Of a DNA stretch of 64,000 bases, positions 31,972 through 41,002 are shown piece by piece (the first letter of the stretch is position 1; each line of letters opens with the position of its first letter). The notes beneath the pieces were generated by a model. The model worked only from the letters and a program-made list of their open reading frames with translations, was not told where the DNA came from and made no database searches. The position numbers were made by a program, and so were the translations under genes. Origin of the DNA: Endomicrobiales bacterium (lineage in GTDB: Bacteria > Elusimicrobiota > Endomicrobiia > Endomicrobiales > JALOBY01); NCBI GenBank assembly GCA_963796955.1, contig CAWCNJ010000008.1, positions 416,001-480,000 on the forward strand, in the 5' to 3' direction.

Positions 31972-33303
31972 ATGAACTATCTTCCCATAACCGCAAACGA
32001 CCGGGAGGCAATGCTTAAGGCCATCGGCGTAAAGAATGTCGCAGAATTGTATTCCGTAATCCCGCAAAAAGCGCAGGTCAAAGGCCTGAACCTGCCCGCC
32101 GGCATGTCCGAACAAAAACTTACCCGCACCTTTGAGAACCTGGCAAAAAAGAATTCTGCGCTGAGCGACCATCTCTCGTTCCGCGGCGCCGGGGTGTATG
32201 AACATTTTGTACCTTCCTTAGTAGAAGAACTGGCCAATCGATCAGAATTTACCACAGCGTATACACCCTATCAGGCAGAGGCAAGCCAGGGGACGTTGCA
32301 GGCCATATTCGAGTATCAATCACTGATCACAAAATTAACGGGCATGGAAGTCTCCAACGCCTCGCTCTACGACGGTGCCAGTGCCGTTGCCGAAGCGGCA
32401 TTGCTCGCCATGCGCAGCACAGGCCGCACCAAATTACTTATTTCGAAGGCCGTGCACCCTGAATACCGCAAGGTCCTTGCCACCTATTTACAGGGAATAA
32501 ATGCGCAGATCGTTGAACTATCCCTTGAGGATGGTACCACAACAGCTCTTGCAACGGACGACCATACGGCCGCCGTTATAATACAAACACCAAATTTTTT
32601 CGGCTCAGTCGAGAACATCAGTTCATTCAGGCAGGCCATTGGAGAAAGCGGAGCATTGCTGATCTGTGTGGCTAATCCGATTTCTCTGGGTATTTTGCGC
32701 TCGCCCGGTACTGAGGGCGCTGATATTTGCGTAGGTGAGGGCCAGGTGCTGGGAAACGCGACCGGCCTGGGCGGTTTTGGGTTCGGCTTTATAGCTGCCC
32801 GAAAAGCCTTAGCCTGGAAAATGCCCGGCCGTATCGTCGGCCAGACAACCGACACGAAAGGCCGCCGCGGTTTCGTGCTTACCCTGACTTCCCGCGAACA
32901 GCATATACGCCGGGAAAAAGCCACTTCTAATATATGCACGAATGCCTCGCTGAACGCCCTGACCGGCTGTATTTACCTTGCGGGTCTTGGGCCGAACGGT
33001 TTAGAAGCGCTTGCAACAGCGAACTTGCAAAACAGCCATTACGCGTATGAGCGCATTACCAGTATACCCGGCTTTGCTCCGGCGTTTAAAAAGCAAAACT
33101 TCTTTAATGAGTTCGCGGTCAGAACCGACCGCAGCATCGCAAAACTTCAGCAGGATCTTCTTAACAGTAAGATCCTGGGGCCCGTTGAACTTGGCATGTT
33201 CTATCCTGAAGCGAAAGACCAGCTCTTATTCTGCGTGACCGAAACAAAAACAAAGGCTGATATCGACACGCTGGTCGACGTCCTCGCCAAGGCAGGGAAA
33301 TAA
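31972..33303 (+). CDS. gcvPA: Glycine dehydrogenase subunit 1
   Basis: TAYTPYQAEASQG, REQHIRREKATSNICT. Confidence 0.96.
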   Translation: MNYLPITANDREAMLKAIGVKNVAELYSVIPQKAQVKGLNLPAGMSEQKLTRTFENLAKKNSALSDHLSFRGAGVYEHFVPSLVEELANRSEFTTAYTPYQAEASQGTLQAIFEYQSLITKLTGMEVSNASLYDGASAVAEAALLAMRSTGRTKLLISKAVHPEYRKVLATYLQGINAQIVELSLEDGTTTALATDDHTAAVIIQTPNFFGSVENISSFRQAIGESGALLICVANPISLGILRSPGTEGADICVGEGQVLGNATGLGGFGFGFIAARKALAWKMPGRIVGQTTDTKGRRGFVLTLTSREQHIRREKATSNICTNASLNALTGCIYLAGLGPNGLEALATANLQNSHYAYERITSIPGFAPAFKKQNFFNEFAVRTDRSIAKLQQDLLNSKILGPVELGMFYPEAKDQLLFCVTETKTKADIDTLVDVLAKAGK

Positions 33304-33304
33304 C

Positions 33305-34744
33305 ATGGAAAAATTACTTTCAGAAATATCAGACGCCGGCCAGACGGGGTATTCGATACCCGAGATAGATGTGCCTTTTAAACCGCTGGATTCACTGCTC
33401 CCAAAAGAGCTGTGCCGGGATGACGCGCCCGCCCTGCCGGAAGTAAGCGAGGTTGATATACGCAGGCACTTCACCCGCCTCTCACAGCTGAACTACGCCT
33501 TAACGACACAGTTCTACCCGCTGGGATCGTGCACCATGAAGTATAATCCGACCGTTAATGAAAAAATAGCCAACTTGCCGGGCCTTAAGAACCTGCACCC
33601 CTACCAGCCGGAAAGCACATTGCAGGGGGTTCTGGAAATACTGCACGGCTTGCAAAGCTCGCTGTGCGAGATAGCCGGGATGGATGCCTTTACGCTACAG
33701 CCGGCCGCCGGGGCGCACGGGGAATTTACGGCGATGCTGATGATACGCAATTATTTCCTGGCAAAAGGGGAAAAACGCACAAAGATAATCGTCCCGGATT
33801 CCGCCCACGGCACAAATCCGGCATCGGCCGCATTGGCCGGTTTTGAGATCATAGTTGTTCATTCAGAGCCGGACGGCCACATGGACACTGAAAAACTTAA
33901 AGCAGCGGTCACGCCCGAAGTGGCGGCTATCATGCTTACCGCGCCTAATACCCTCGGCGTTTTCGAGAAAGATATACTGTTGATCGCCGAGATAATGCAC
34001 AAGAACGGCTCGTTGCTGTACTACGACGGCGCCAACCTTAACGCGCTTATGGGCACGGCCCGCCCCGGCGATCTGGGCTTCGACATCATGCACATAAACC
34101 TGCACAAAACATTCTCCACGCCGCACGGCGGCGGCGGACCCGGTTCCGGCCCGGTGGGCGTAAAGAAACATCTTGAACAATACCTGCCGACTCCTATGGT
34201 CGTTAAAGAAGGAAATACTTTCCGCTTTGACCACAACAGACCAAAAAGTATCGGAAAGGTCCGCTCGTATTACGGCAATTTGCCGGTTTTGGTAAAAGCG
34301 TATGCCTACATCGTCGCTCTGGGCGCAGAAGGCTTGAAAGCCGCCAGCGAACAGGCCGTTATAAATGCGAACTATATGCTGGCCCGGTTGAAAGATCTGT
34401 TCCCGGCTCCGGCGGGGGACCGCTGCATGCACGAGTTCGTGCTTTCCGGCAAACCGCTGGGAACCTACGGAGTTAAAACACTGGACCTTGCTAAACGCCT
34501 GTTGGATTACGGATACTACGCGCCCACGATCTATTTCCCGTTGATCGTTGAGGACGCCATAATGATAGAACCGACGGAAACAGAATCAAAAGCTACTATG
34601 GATGAATTTATCGAGGTTCTTAAAAAGATAGCCGCTGAGGCGGCCTCTGACCCTCAATTACTTAAAAACGCGCCGCATACCACACCGGTAAGCCGTCTCA
34701 ACGAAGTGGAAGCCGCAAGGAAGCCAATATTATGCTTCAACTAA
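33305..34744 (+). CDS. gcvPB: Glycine dehydrogenase subunit 2
   Basis: PLGSCTMKYNP, NLHKTFSTPHGGGGPG. Confidence 0.96.
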   Translation: MEKLLSEISDAGQTGYSIPEIDVPFKPLDSLLPKELCRDDAPALPEVSEVDIRRHFTRLSQLNYALTTQFYPLGSCTMKYNPTVNEKIANLPGLKNLHPYQPESTLQGVLEILHGLQSSLCEIAGMDAFTLQPAAGAHGEFTAMLMIRNYFLAKGEKRTKIIVPDSAHGTNPASAALAGFEIIVVHSEPDGHMDTEKLKAAVTPEVAAIMLTAPNTLGVFEKDILLIAEIMHKNGSLLYYDGANLNALMGTARPGDLGFDIMHINLHKTFSTPHGGGGPGSGPVGVKKHLEQYLPTPMVVKEGNTFRFDHNRPKSIGKVRSYYGNLPVLVKAYAYIVALGAEGLKAASEQAVINANYMLARLKDLFPAPAGDRCMHEFVLSGKPLGTYGVKTLDLAKRLLDYGYYAPTIYFPLIVEDAIMIEPTETESKATMDEFIEVLKKIAAEAASDPQLLKNAPHTTPVSRLNEVEAARKPILCFN

Positions 34745-35496
34745 GAACACTGATATTATTTCTTCTGTGCGCGGCCTTTGCTATGCCGACACTGGCCGCC
34801 CTGCCGCATAAAGGCGGAAAACTCGGGCAGGATGTAACATTTGTTACCGATGACGGAATAATACTAAAAGGCTTGTTCGTGCCCCCGGGGGACAAGTCCA
34901 AAACAACGTTCATTCTGCTGCACGGCCTGGGCAGCAATCAGGAAGAGTGGCAGGCATTCGCCCATAAATTGCTTTCCGCCGGTTACGGGTTCCTGTCCTA
35001 TGATGCCCGCGGCCACGGGGAAAGCATAAAGAGAAAGAACGGCTTGACGATAACGTACCAATCCTTCGGTACCCAGGGGAACGATTCCGGCTGGGCCCAG
35101 ATGACCGGCGATCTTGAGAAAGCCGTGAAATATCTTACGAATGTTAAAGGAATAGCCGGCAAAAGAATAGGTATAATGGGCGCAAGCCTCGGCGCGAACG
35201 TCGCGCTTGTTTACAGCGCGGGCAATACGGACATTAAACCCATTGTATTGCTCTCACCCGGGATGGATTACGCGGGTATTCGCACGGAATCAGCGATACT
35301 GAGATTGAGCGACAGGCCGGTTCTTATAGCGGCCGCACCTGCGGACACGTATGCCTTCCAAAGCGCTCAGCTGCTGTATCAATCCATACAACAGAACAAA
35401 AAGGCCGCGCTGCTGATAGGCGAGAACGGCTTTCACGGCGTACAGATGTTCGACGGTAAATTTGACCAGAAGCTGATAAACTGGCTGAGAAAGTAA
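34732..35496 (+). CDS. Secreted alpha/beta hydrolase
   Basis: Signal peptide, LLHGLG, GASLG nucleophile elbow, HG. Confidence 0.85.
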   Translation: MLQLRTLILFLLCAAFAMPTLAALPHKGGKLGQDVTFVTDDGIILKGLFVPPGDKSKTTFILLHGLGSNQEEWQAFAHKLLSAGYGFLSYDARGHGESIKRKNGLTITYQSFGTQGNDSGWAQMTGDLEKAVKYLTNVKGIAGKRIGIMGASLGANVALVYSAGNTDIKPIVLLSPGMDYAGIRTESAILRLSDRPVLIAAAPADTYAFQSAQLLYQSIQQNKKAALLIGENGFHGVQMFDGKFDQKLINWLRK

Positions 35497-36090
35497 ATGA
35501 TCATCATTTTCGATCTTGGAAAGGTCATATTAAATTTCGACCTGACCATTATTTCCAGCAAGCTCTCGGCGATCTCCGGCACCAGCCAGGAATACATCGC
35601 CCAGCATTTGTTCGAGAATTCGCTCTCTAAAAAATTCGACCGGGGCCTGATGACGACTGAAGAGTTCTTTATTCAGGCCAGGGACAAGTTCAACCTTCCT
35701 TTAACCTTTGAACAATTCCTGCCGATATGGAATAATATATTCACGCCGATACCCGGCATGGAACAGCTGATAAACGACCTCAAGAAAACTTACCATGTGG
35801 GGATTCTCTCAAACACTAATCGGCCGCATTTTGAATATATCGCCGCCACATTTCCGGTCGTTAAAGACATGGATTGGCATCTTTCCTACGCAATGCATCT
35901 GATGAAGCCGGAGCCGGAGATATATAAAAAAGTTTCGGATTTCTACCGGGTGCCTGCCTCTGAAATATTTTTTACCGACGATCTGGCGCCCAACGTTGAG
36001 GGCGCGAAAGAAGCCGGCATGCAGGCGGTGCAATTCCATTCAGTTGGCCAGCTTAAAGAAGCCCTGGCCGCAAAAGGCGTTGCAACGTGA
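35497..36090 (+). CDS. HAD family phosphatase
   Basis: FDLGKV, LSNT, KPEPEIY, FTDD. Confidence 0.88.
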   Translation: MIIIFDLGKVILNFDLTIISSKLSAISGTSQEYIAQHLFENSLSKKFDRGLMTTEEFFIQARDKFNLPLTFEQFLPIWNNIFTPIPGMEQLINDLKKTYHVGILSNTNRPHFEYIAATFPVVKDMDWHLSYAMHLMKPEPEIYKKVSDFYRVPASEIFFTDDLAPNVEGAKEAGMQAVQFHSVGQLKEALAAKGVAT

Positions 36091-36446
36091 CGCTCGCAGC
36101 CTTTAGCGCTATCGTTGAAAAAGCATTAAAATCCCTGCCGAAAGAATTTAGCGATATCCTGAAAGAAAAGCAGGTCGGTATAGTAATACGCGGCAAGATG
36201 CCGAAAGAAGTGAGGAACAAGTATCCCGGCCAGGTTGTTTTCGGCATGTTCATCGGCGTTACGTTCGGCCACCTTACCGTGATGCAGACCGAACCGACCC
36301 GCATCGAACTGTATAAAGAAAGCTTTGAGGAACATTTTAAAAACGAAACCCGGATGAAGCAGGAAATAGCGAAAACCGTTCTGCACGAAGTAGGACACTA
36401 TTTCGGTTTTTCCGAGAAAAAACTGCATGATCTGCACCTGGGGTGA
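36087..36446 (+). CDS. Zincin-like metallopeptidase (DUF1025 type)
   Basis: PTRIELY, TVLHEVGHYFG. Confidence 0.85.
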   Translation: MTLAAFSAIVEKALKSLPKEFSDILKEKQVGIVIRGKMPKEVRNKYPGQVVFGMFIGVTFGHLTVMQTEPTRIELYKESFEEHFKNETRMKQEIAKTVLHEVGHYFGFSEKKLHDLHLG

Positions 36447-36456
36447 GTGTAACTAA

Positions 36457-36867
36457 ATGAATTTTTTTGGTGTCAATCCATCCAAGCAGGAAGAACTTGA
36501 ACAGCGCATGCTCAAACTCGGCATCCGCGAGGCCGACATTGAAGAAAAGTTCATACGCTCCGGCGGTAAAGGCGGACAGAACGTCAACAAAACCTCTACC
36601 TGCGTCTACCTGAAACACCTCCCGTCCGGCATAGAGGTAAAATGCCAGCGCGAGAGACAACAGTCCATCAACCGCTACCTGGCCCGTCGACTGCTCGCGG
36701 ACAAAATAGAGACCATACAACTCGGCGCCCAAAGCCGTGAACAACAGCGCATAGAAAAACTCCGCCGCCAAAAACGCAAACGCAGCAAACGAGCCAAAGC
36801 CAAAATGCTGGACGACAAGCGCCATCAAGGCGAGAAAAAAGCCATGCGGGGATCAGTAGAATACTAG
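36457..36867 (+). CDS. Stand-alone GGQ peptidyl-tRNA hydrolase domain protein (ArfB/MTRFR-like)
   Basis: RSGGKGGQNVNKTSTCVYLKHLPSG; basic C-terminal tail. Confidence 0.85.
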   Translation: MNFFGVNPSKQEELEQRMLKLGIREADIEEKFIRSGGKGGQNVNKTSTCVYLKHLPSGIEVKCQRERQQSINRYLARRLLADKIETIQLGAQSREQQRIEKLRRQKRKRSKRAKAKMLDDKRHQGEKKAMRGSVEY

Positions 36868-36883
36868 CTAAACTGTGGGGAAC

Positions 36884-37189
36884 ATGTATATCGGCTTCAT
36901 CGCTGCCCGCATACTGACCGCCTACATGCTGTTTTCCGGTTTAGACACGCACCCACACACCTACCTTTACGCCTTCACCAGATATTCACTATGCGCAACC
37001 TGCATACATGGAATTTTCGTGGCAATCTGCAGAGGCTTTAAACTCTGGACCCTGATACTAATCGCCACCGCGATCACCTTCAACCCCTTTTACCACTTCC
37101 AACTCACCAAACTAACCTGGACACGCCTGGACATAACGATCGCGAGCATACTGCTGTTATCTCTTTTCTTACTTAGGGAAAAGTATTGA
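36884..37189 (+). CDS. DUF6804-like membrane protein
   Basis: Four hydrophobic segments; FNP...W..LD pattern. Confidence 0.6.
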   Translation: MYIGFIAARILTAYMLFSGLDTHPHTYLYAFTRYSLCATCIHGIFVAICRGFKLWTLILIATAITFNPFYHFQLTKLTWTRLDITIASILLLSLFLLREKY

Positions 37190-37219
37190 TTGCACATATA
37201 AAAATGATATAATTAGACA

Positions 37220-37519
37220 ATGATCACGAACAGCGACAAAATGAAAATTCAAGGGATATCCAAGAGATACCACGCAAAGCGTGTTTTGCTTTTCGGTTCA
37301 AGTACAATCCCAGAAAAGGAAAGCCACGATATTGACATAGCTGTTGAAGGAATAGCACCGAAAGATTTTTTCAGTTATGACGCCGACCTGCTATTTTCAT
37401 TATCCAAATCCGTTGACGTAATAGACCTATCCGGCAATTCAAAGTTCATTCAACTAGTCCGCAGTGAAGGCGTGCTGATCTATCAATGCTTCTCGACAAA
37501 CTCTAAATTTAACTCCTGA
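37220..37519 (+). CDS. Minimal nucleotidyltransferase (MntA-like antitoxin); no HEPN partner seen
   Basis: LFGSS...SHDIDIAV...VDVIDL...EGVLIY. Confidence 0.85.
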   Translation: MITNSDKMKIQGISKRYHAKRVLLFGSSTIPEKESHDIDIAVEGIAPKDFFSYDADLLFSLSKSVDVIDLSGNSKFIQLVRSEGVLIYQCFSTNSKFNS

Positions 37520-38389
37520 TTCCTTTTCCAATTACTTATAAGATATTAGCTAACGTACTAAGAATCGAGTTTAAAAAACCAGAAATCACAGTCGCTATGC
37601 ATATTACGCAATTTATGTACCAAAAAGGAGCTTCAGTTGATCATCTCTCAAATAGCCCTAAAGAATTGGCGTAATTTTAGAAAAATCAGTAATGTATCGA
37701 TTGGGGATCGAGTATTTTTAGTTGGACCAAACGCAAGCGGAAAGTCAAATTTTCTTGACGTTTTCAGATTTTTAAGGGACATCGCGAAGCATGGCGGAGG
37801 GTTGCAAAAAGCCATTCAAGATCGAGGTGGTGTTTCAAAAATACGTTGTCTTGCAGCAAGACAGAATCCTGACATAGAAATAGAGGTCATACTGACTGAC
37901 ACACAGAATGACCCAATAACTTGGAAGTACAGCATAAGTATCAAACAAGAAGAGCGAGGACGACATGAACCATACATAGGCCACGAAAAAGTATGGAAAA
38001 ATGGTAATCTCGTTTTAGAAAGGCCTGACAAAAATGACAAAGAGGACAGCGCAAGATTAAAGCAGACTCATCTTGAGCAGATCAACGCTAATTTTGAATT
38101 TCGTAGTATCGCTGATTTTTTCGAATCTATTCATTATTTGCATCTCGTTCCGCAACTTGTTAGGCATCCTGAGTTTTTTATTGGGCCTATGCAAGCAAAT
38201 GACCCATATGGAAAAAGTTTTCTGGAAAGACTTGCAAAAACACCTGATAAGGTTAGAAAATCTCGGCTCTCAAAAATCGGAGATGCCCTAAAGCTTGCAG
38301 TTCCGAAATTGAAAGAATTATCTTTTATTCATGACGATATGGGAATACCACATTTGGAAGCGGCGCAATTCAGCGAGTTTGACCTCAAA

Positions 38390-39445
38390 TCAGCAACCAA
38401 CTTCTACTGCTGAGGCCGGAAGAGCCAATGTTTTGGCGACTTTTCCGGAAGCAGCTTTCCACGCAGTATAGCGCAAAAGGCGCGCTACGGTCAAATTGTT
38501 CTTTCTCTGATTTAAGATAACCTCCTTTTGTCCGGACAGGACTTCAAGCGGTGTAACGTACTTGTGGGCGCTGTGTGGATCGTTGTTGTGGATTTGTGGA
38601 AAGCTGCTGATCCACTGAACGACGTCATCAACCTGCTCGAAGGAAACCGGCGCATCCCTGTGATGTTTCAGGGAATTGATAAGCGACTCAATCCAGGCCT
38701 CATCGTCAGGGGTGTTTGGGCGTCCGTAGTGAACATCAGCGCCAAGCAGCTCTTTGATAATCTTCTGGGTTTTGACGGCCTTCATGGCAGAGCCTCTGTC
38801 CGAATGGGCAATGAGGTTAGTCATAAGATGTTCCGGCAGCAACGCAAGAGCTTCTTTAACGGCGTTTGTAAGATTGGCTGATGTAACACCGCCGATACAA
38901 TAGCCGACATGAAGCAGATAGCGTGCCGGAAGAATCAAGACCGGTATGGCCCAAACGATAGTGCCAAACACTGTAACGAACTGCGTGCCGTCATAGCAAA
39001 GAAGCGAATAACCGTCGGCCATCAGCGCCTGAGCAGGAACGTAATTTGTTTTACGTGATCTGTAAAAGCTCAGCGGTTTAACAAGGTCTTTGCTTTTAAG
39101 TACGCGGAAAACGGTGGCCAGCGAAACGAAGAATTTGCCTGTTCTGTGGCCGTGTACGAAGACATGGCTTAACGGCTTGCCGATAAGTTCCGGCTCATAG
39201 ACAGCGGCTTCAATTGCTTCACATTCATGTTTAAGCGTTTTGTTCCAGGCGGAACGCTGTTTAACGGGCTTAGGCTTAGCCCACCTGCGGAACTTTCTGG
39301 CCGCAAGGCCGAAAGTAATGCAGGCTTGATTCTGGGTTAAGCCGGAATTGACCGCTTCTTTGATAATATTTACCACTTGTTCTTTGACCTCTTTTGTAAA
39401 ATGACCCAGCAGCGGGCCTTCAAGAGCTAATTCACTCTTTTTTTT
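38390..39445 (-). CDS. IS OrfB, rve-type DDE transposase catalytic part (probably made as an OrfAB fusion)
   Basis: CYDGT, HSDRGS and WIESL catalytic motifs with 36 residues between D2 and E; -1 frame relative to OrfA. Confidence 0.88.
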   Translation of the reverse strand, partial: KKKSELALEGPLLGHFTKEVKEQVVNIIKEAVNSGLTQNQACITFGLAARKFRRWAKPKPVKQRSAWNKTLKHECEAIEAAVYEPELIGKPLSHVFVHGHRTGKFFVSLATVFRVLKSKDLVKPLSFYRSRKTNYVPAQALMADGYSLLCYDGTQFVTVFGTIVWAIPVLILPARYLLHVGYCIGGVTSANLTNAVKEALALLPEHLMTNLIAHSDRGSAMKAVKTQKIIKELLGADVHYGRPNTPDDEAWIESLINSLKHHRDAPVSFEQVDDVVQWISSFPQIHNNDPHSAHKYVTPLEVLSGQKEVILNQRKNNLTVARLLRYTAWKAASGKVAKTLALPASAVEVGC

Positions 39446-39753
39446 AGCAATGATAGCTCGTGCCCCACTGCCGCCAGGGCATCCTTGGTTTCGCCCAGTT
39501 CCTTTGATACCTGCTGGAACTGTTCGACGGCCACAACGTGCTTTCTTCTGCCCGGCTTGGCGTTTGCTAGGGCTTCTATGGCGCCAGCGCGGACTTTCTT
39601 GCGGATTGCTACCAGATCCCAGGGTTTTAGGCCGTGGCGAGCCAGAATTGACTTTACTGGCGCTCCGGGAGCGGTGCATTCCAGGTAGATGTTGAACAAC
39701 AGTTCGGGTGTCAGCTTTAAGCGTTCTTTTTTTGCAGTTATGATATTTTCCAA
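39427..39753 (-). CDS. IS OrfA (108 aa, HTH/coiled-coil-like)
   Basis: AGGAG SD then TTG at 39753; ends ELSLLKKRVN across an A8G run. Confidence 0.75.
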   Translation of the reverse strand: MENIITAKKERLKLTPELLFNIYLECTAPGAPVKSILARHGLKPWDLVAIRKKVRAGAIEALANAKPGRRKHVVAVEQFQQVSKELGETKDALAAVGHELSLLKKRVN

Positions 39754-40365
39754 TGATAGGCTCCTTTGGGTCATTATACTCAGTTTTAGCCGCGCGGAAC
39801 AAACGGCAACGGCTTTGAGGCACGTCTTCTTCACATCTTGAACCAATGTCTTTGACCGGCCAACGGCAACGTCAAAGACAAAGGCTCAATAGTGAATTAA
39901 CTGCCACTGATGAGGTCACTATCGCTGAGAAATAGGGGAAGCCATTTACGAACATTGGAGAGCTAAGGGCGCTAAACAAAGAGAGGATCAATTTTCAGAT
40001 GGAACTCTTCGTCTAATTGGTCTATTGTGGTCTTTATTAGAAGATGATTCATTACTACTTCTTGAGGAGCCAGAATTATCACTTAATTCAGGAATAGTAA
40101 GAAAACTTTCAGCGCTAATGTATAGGTTACAACGACAAAAGAGAAGACAGATTATCGTAAGCACACATAGCGCCGATTTATTACTGGATAAAGGCATTGG
40201 AGGCGAAGAAGTACTACTGCTAATTCCTCAACCAGAGGGAACTGACGTAAAAGCCGCATCAACAAATAAAGATATTAAATACTTATTGGAAAGCGGATTT
40301 AGTGTTTCAGAGGCTGTAATATCCCACACAGTTCCGGAAAAGGCTAACCAGTTAGAGTTTTTCAA

Positions 40366-40989
40366 ATGACTGCTGTATATATTAACCTTGCATTTGAAGA
40401 TTCTCTTAGCGAAGCAGTTATTCGTCAAATGCTTGTGCAATCAGGGCGCTCATACAAAATTCACCGTTGTTTTTCAAACAATGGTAATGGATATTTACGG
40501 GCAAAAATCGATGGATTTAATCAAGCTTCAAAATACATGCCTTTTCTAGTGCTAACTGATCTAGATTCAACATATAATTGTCCTATTGAACTAAGAAATG
40601 ATTGGTTACCTCTCAACAAACAACATTCAAATCTTTTATTCCGAATTGCAGTAAAAGAAGTTGAATCATGGGTATTAGCGCATAGAAACGCTTTCTCAAA
40701 ATTCCTCGGAATAACTAAGGATTTAATTCCAATCAAAGTCGATGAACTTCGTGATCCCAAACAAACTCTAATAAATTTGGCCAAAAGATGCAGATATCGC
40801 GAAATTAGGGAAGGAATTATTCCAAGATTAAATAGTACAGCTAAACAAGGTCCGGACTATAACGGCCAACTTGTCAGATTTGTTGAGAAGAACTGGAATG
40901 TCAATCAAGCAAAAATTAATTCTCCGAGTCTTTACAGATCACTTGAAGCAGTGAAACGATTTAACCCAATACTTCCTCAGATAAACTAA
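40366..40989 (+). CDS. DUF4276-like TOPRIM-fold protein
   Basis: AFEDSLSE, LVLTDLD and EVESWVLA; ATGA overlap with the ATPase. Confidence 0.8.
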   Translation: MTAVYINLAFEDSLSEAVIRQMLVQSGRSYKIHRCFSNNGNGYLRAKIDGFNQASKYMPFLVLTDLDSTYNCPIELRNDWLPLNKQHSNLLFRIAVKEVESWVLAHRNAFSKFLGITKDLIPIKVDELRDPKQTLINLAKRCRYREIREGIIPRLNSTAKQGPDYNGQLVRFVEKNWNVNQAKINSPSLYRSLEAVKRFNPILPQIN

Positions 40990-41002
40990 GGAAAATTGGA
41001 GA

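Larger units (their letters stand above)
38362..39936 (-). mobile_element. 1575-bp DDE insertion sequence (IS3/IS481-like transposase, atypical ends)
   Basis: Flanked by a GGAAGC direct repeat (38356-38361, 39937-39942). Inverted repeats TCAGCGAnnnTGACCTCA at 38370-38387 and 39911-39928 match 15/18. Confidence 0.92.
37637..40369 (+). pseudogene. AAA_21/ABC-type ATPase (383 aa when rebuilt) interrupted by an IS
   Basis: Walker A GPNASGKS before the IS; FSDGT, LLEEPE and STHS after it. Removing the IS and one 6-bp repeat (38362-39942) restores PHLEAIYEHWR in frame (1152 nt). Confidence 0.92.

Noticed and set aside
39446..39823. N-terminal extension of the 477-aa transposase ORF in the track
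   Set aside because: It overlaps OrfA in another frame and has no SD; a -1 frameshift fusion explains the layout better
39832..39846. Partial similarity of the IS non-coding sequence (TGGTTCAAGATGTG) to the target site (TGGCTTCCAAATGTG) as a guide
   Set aside because: It needs a gap and mismatches and partly lies in a stem; it cannot be told from chance with one insertion
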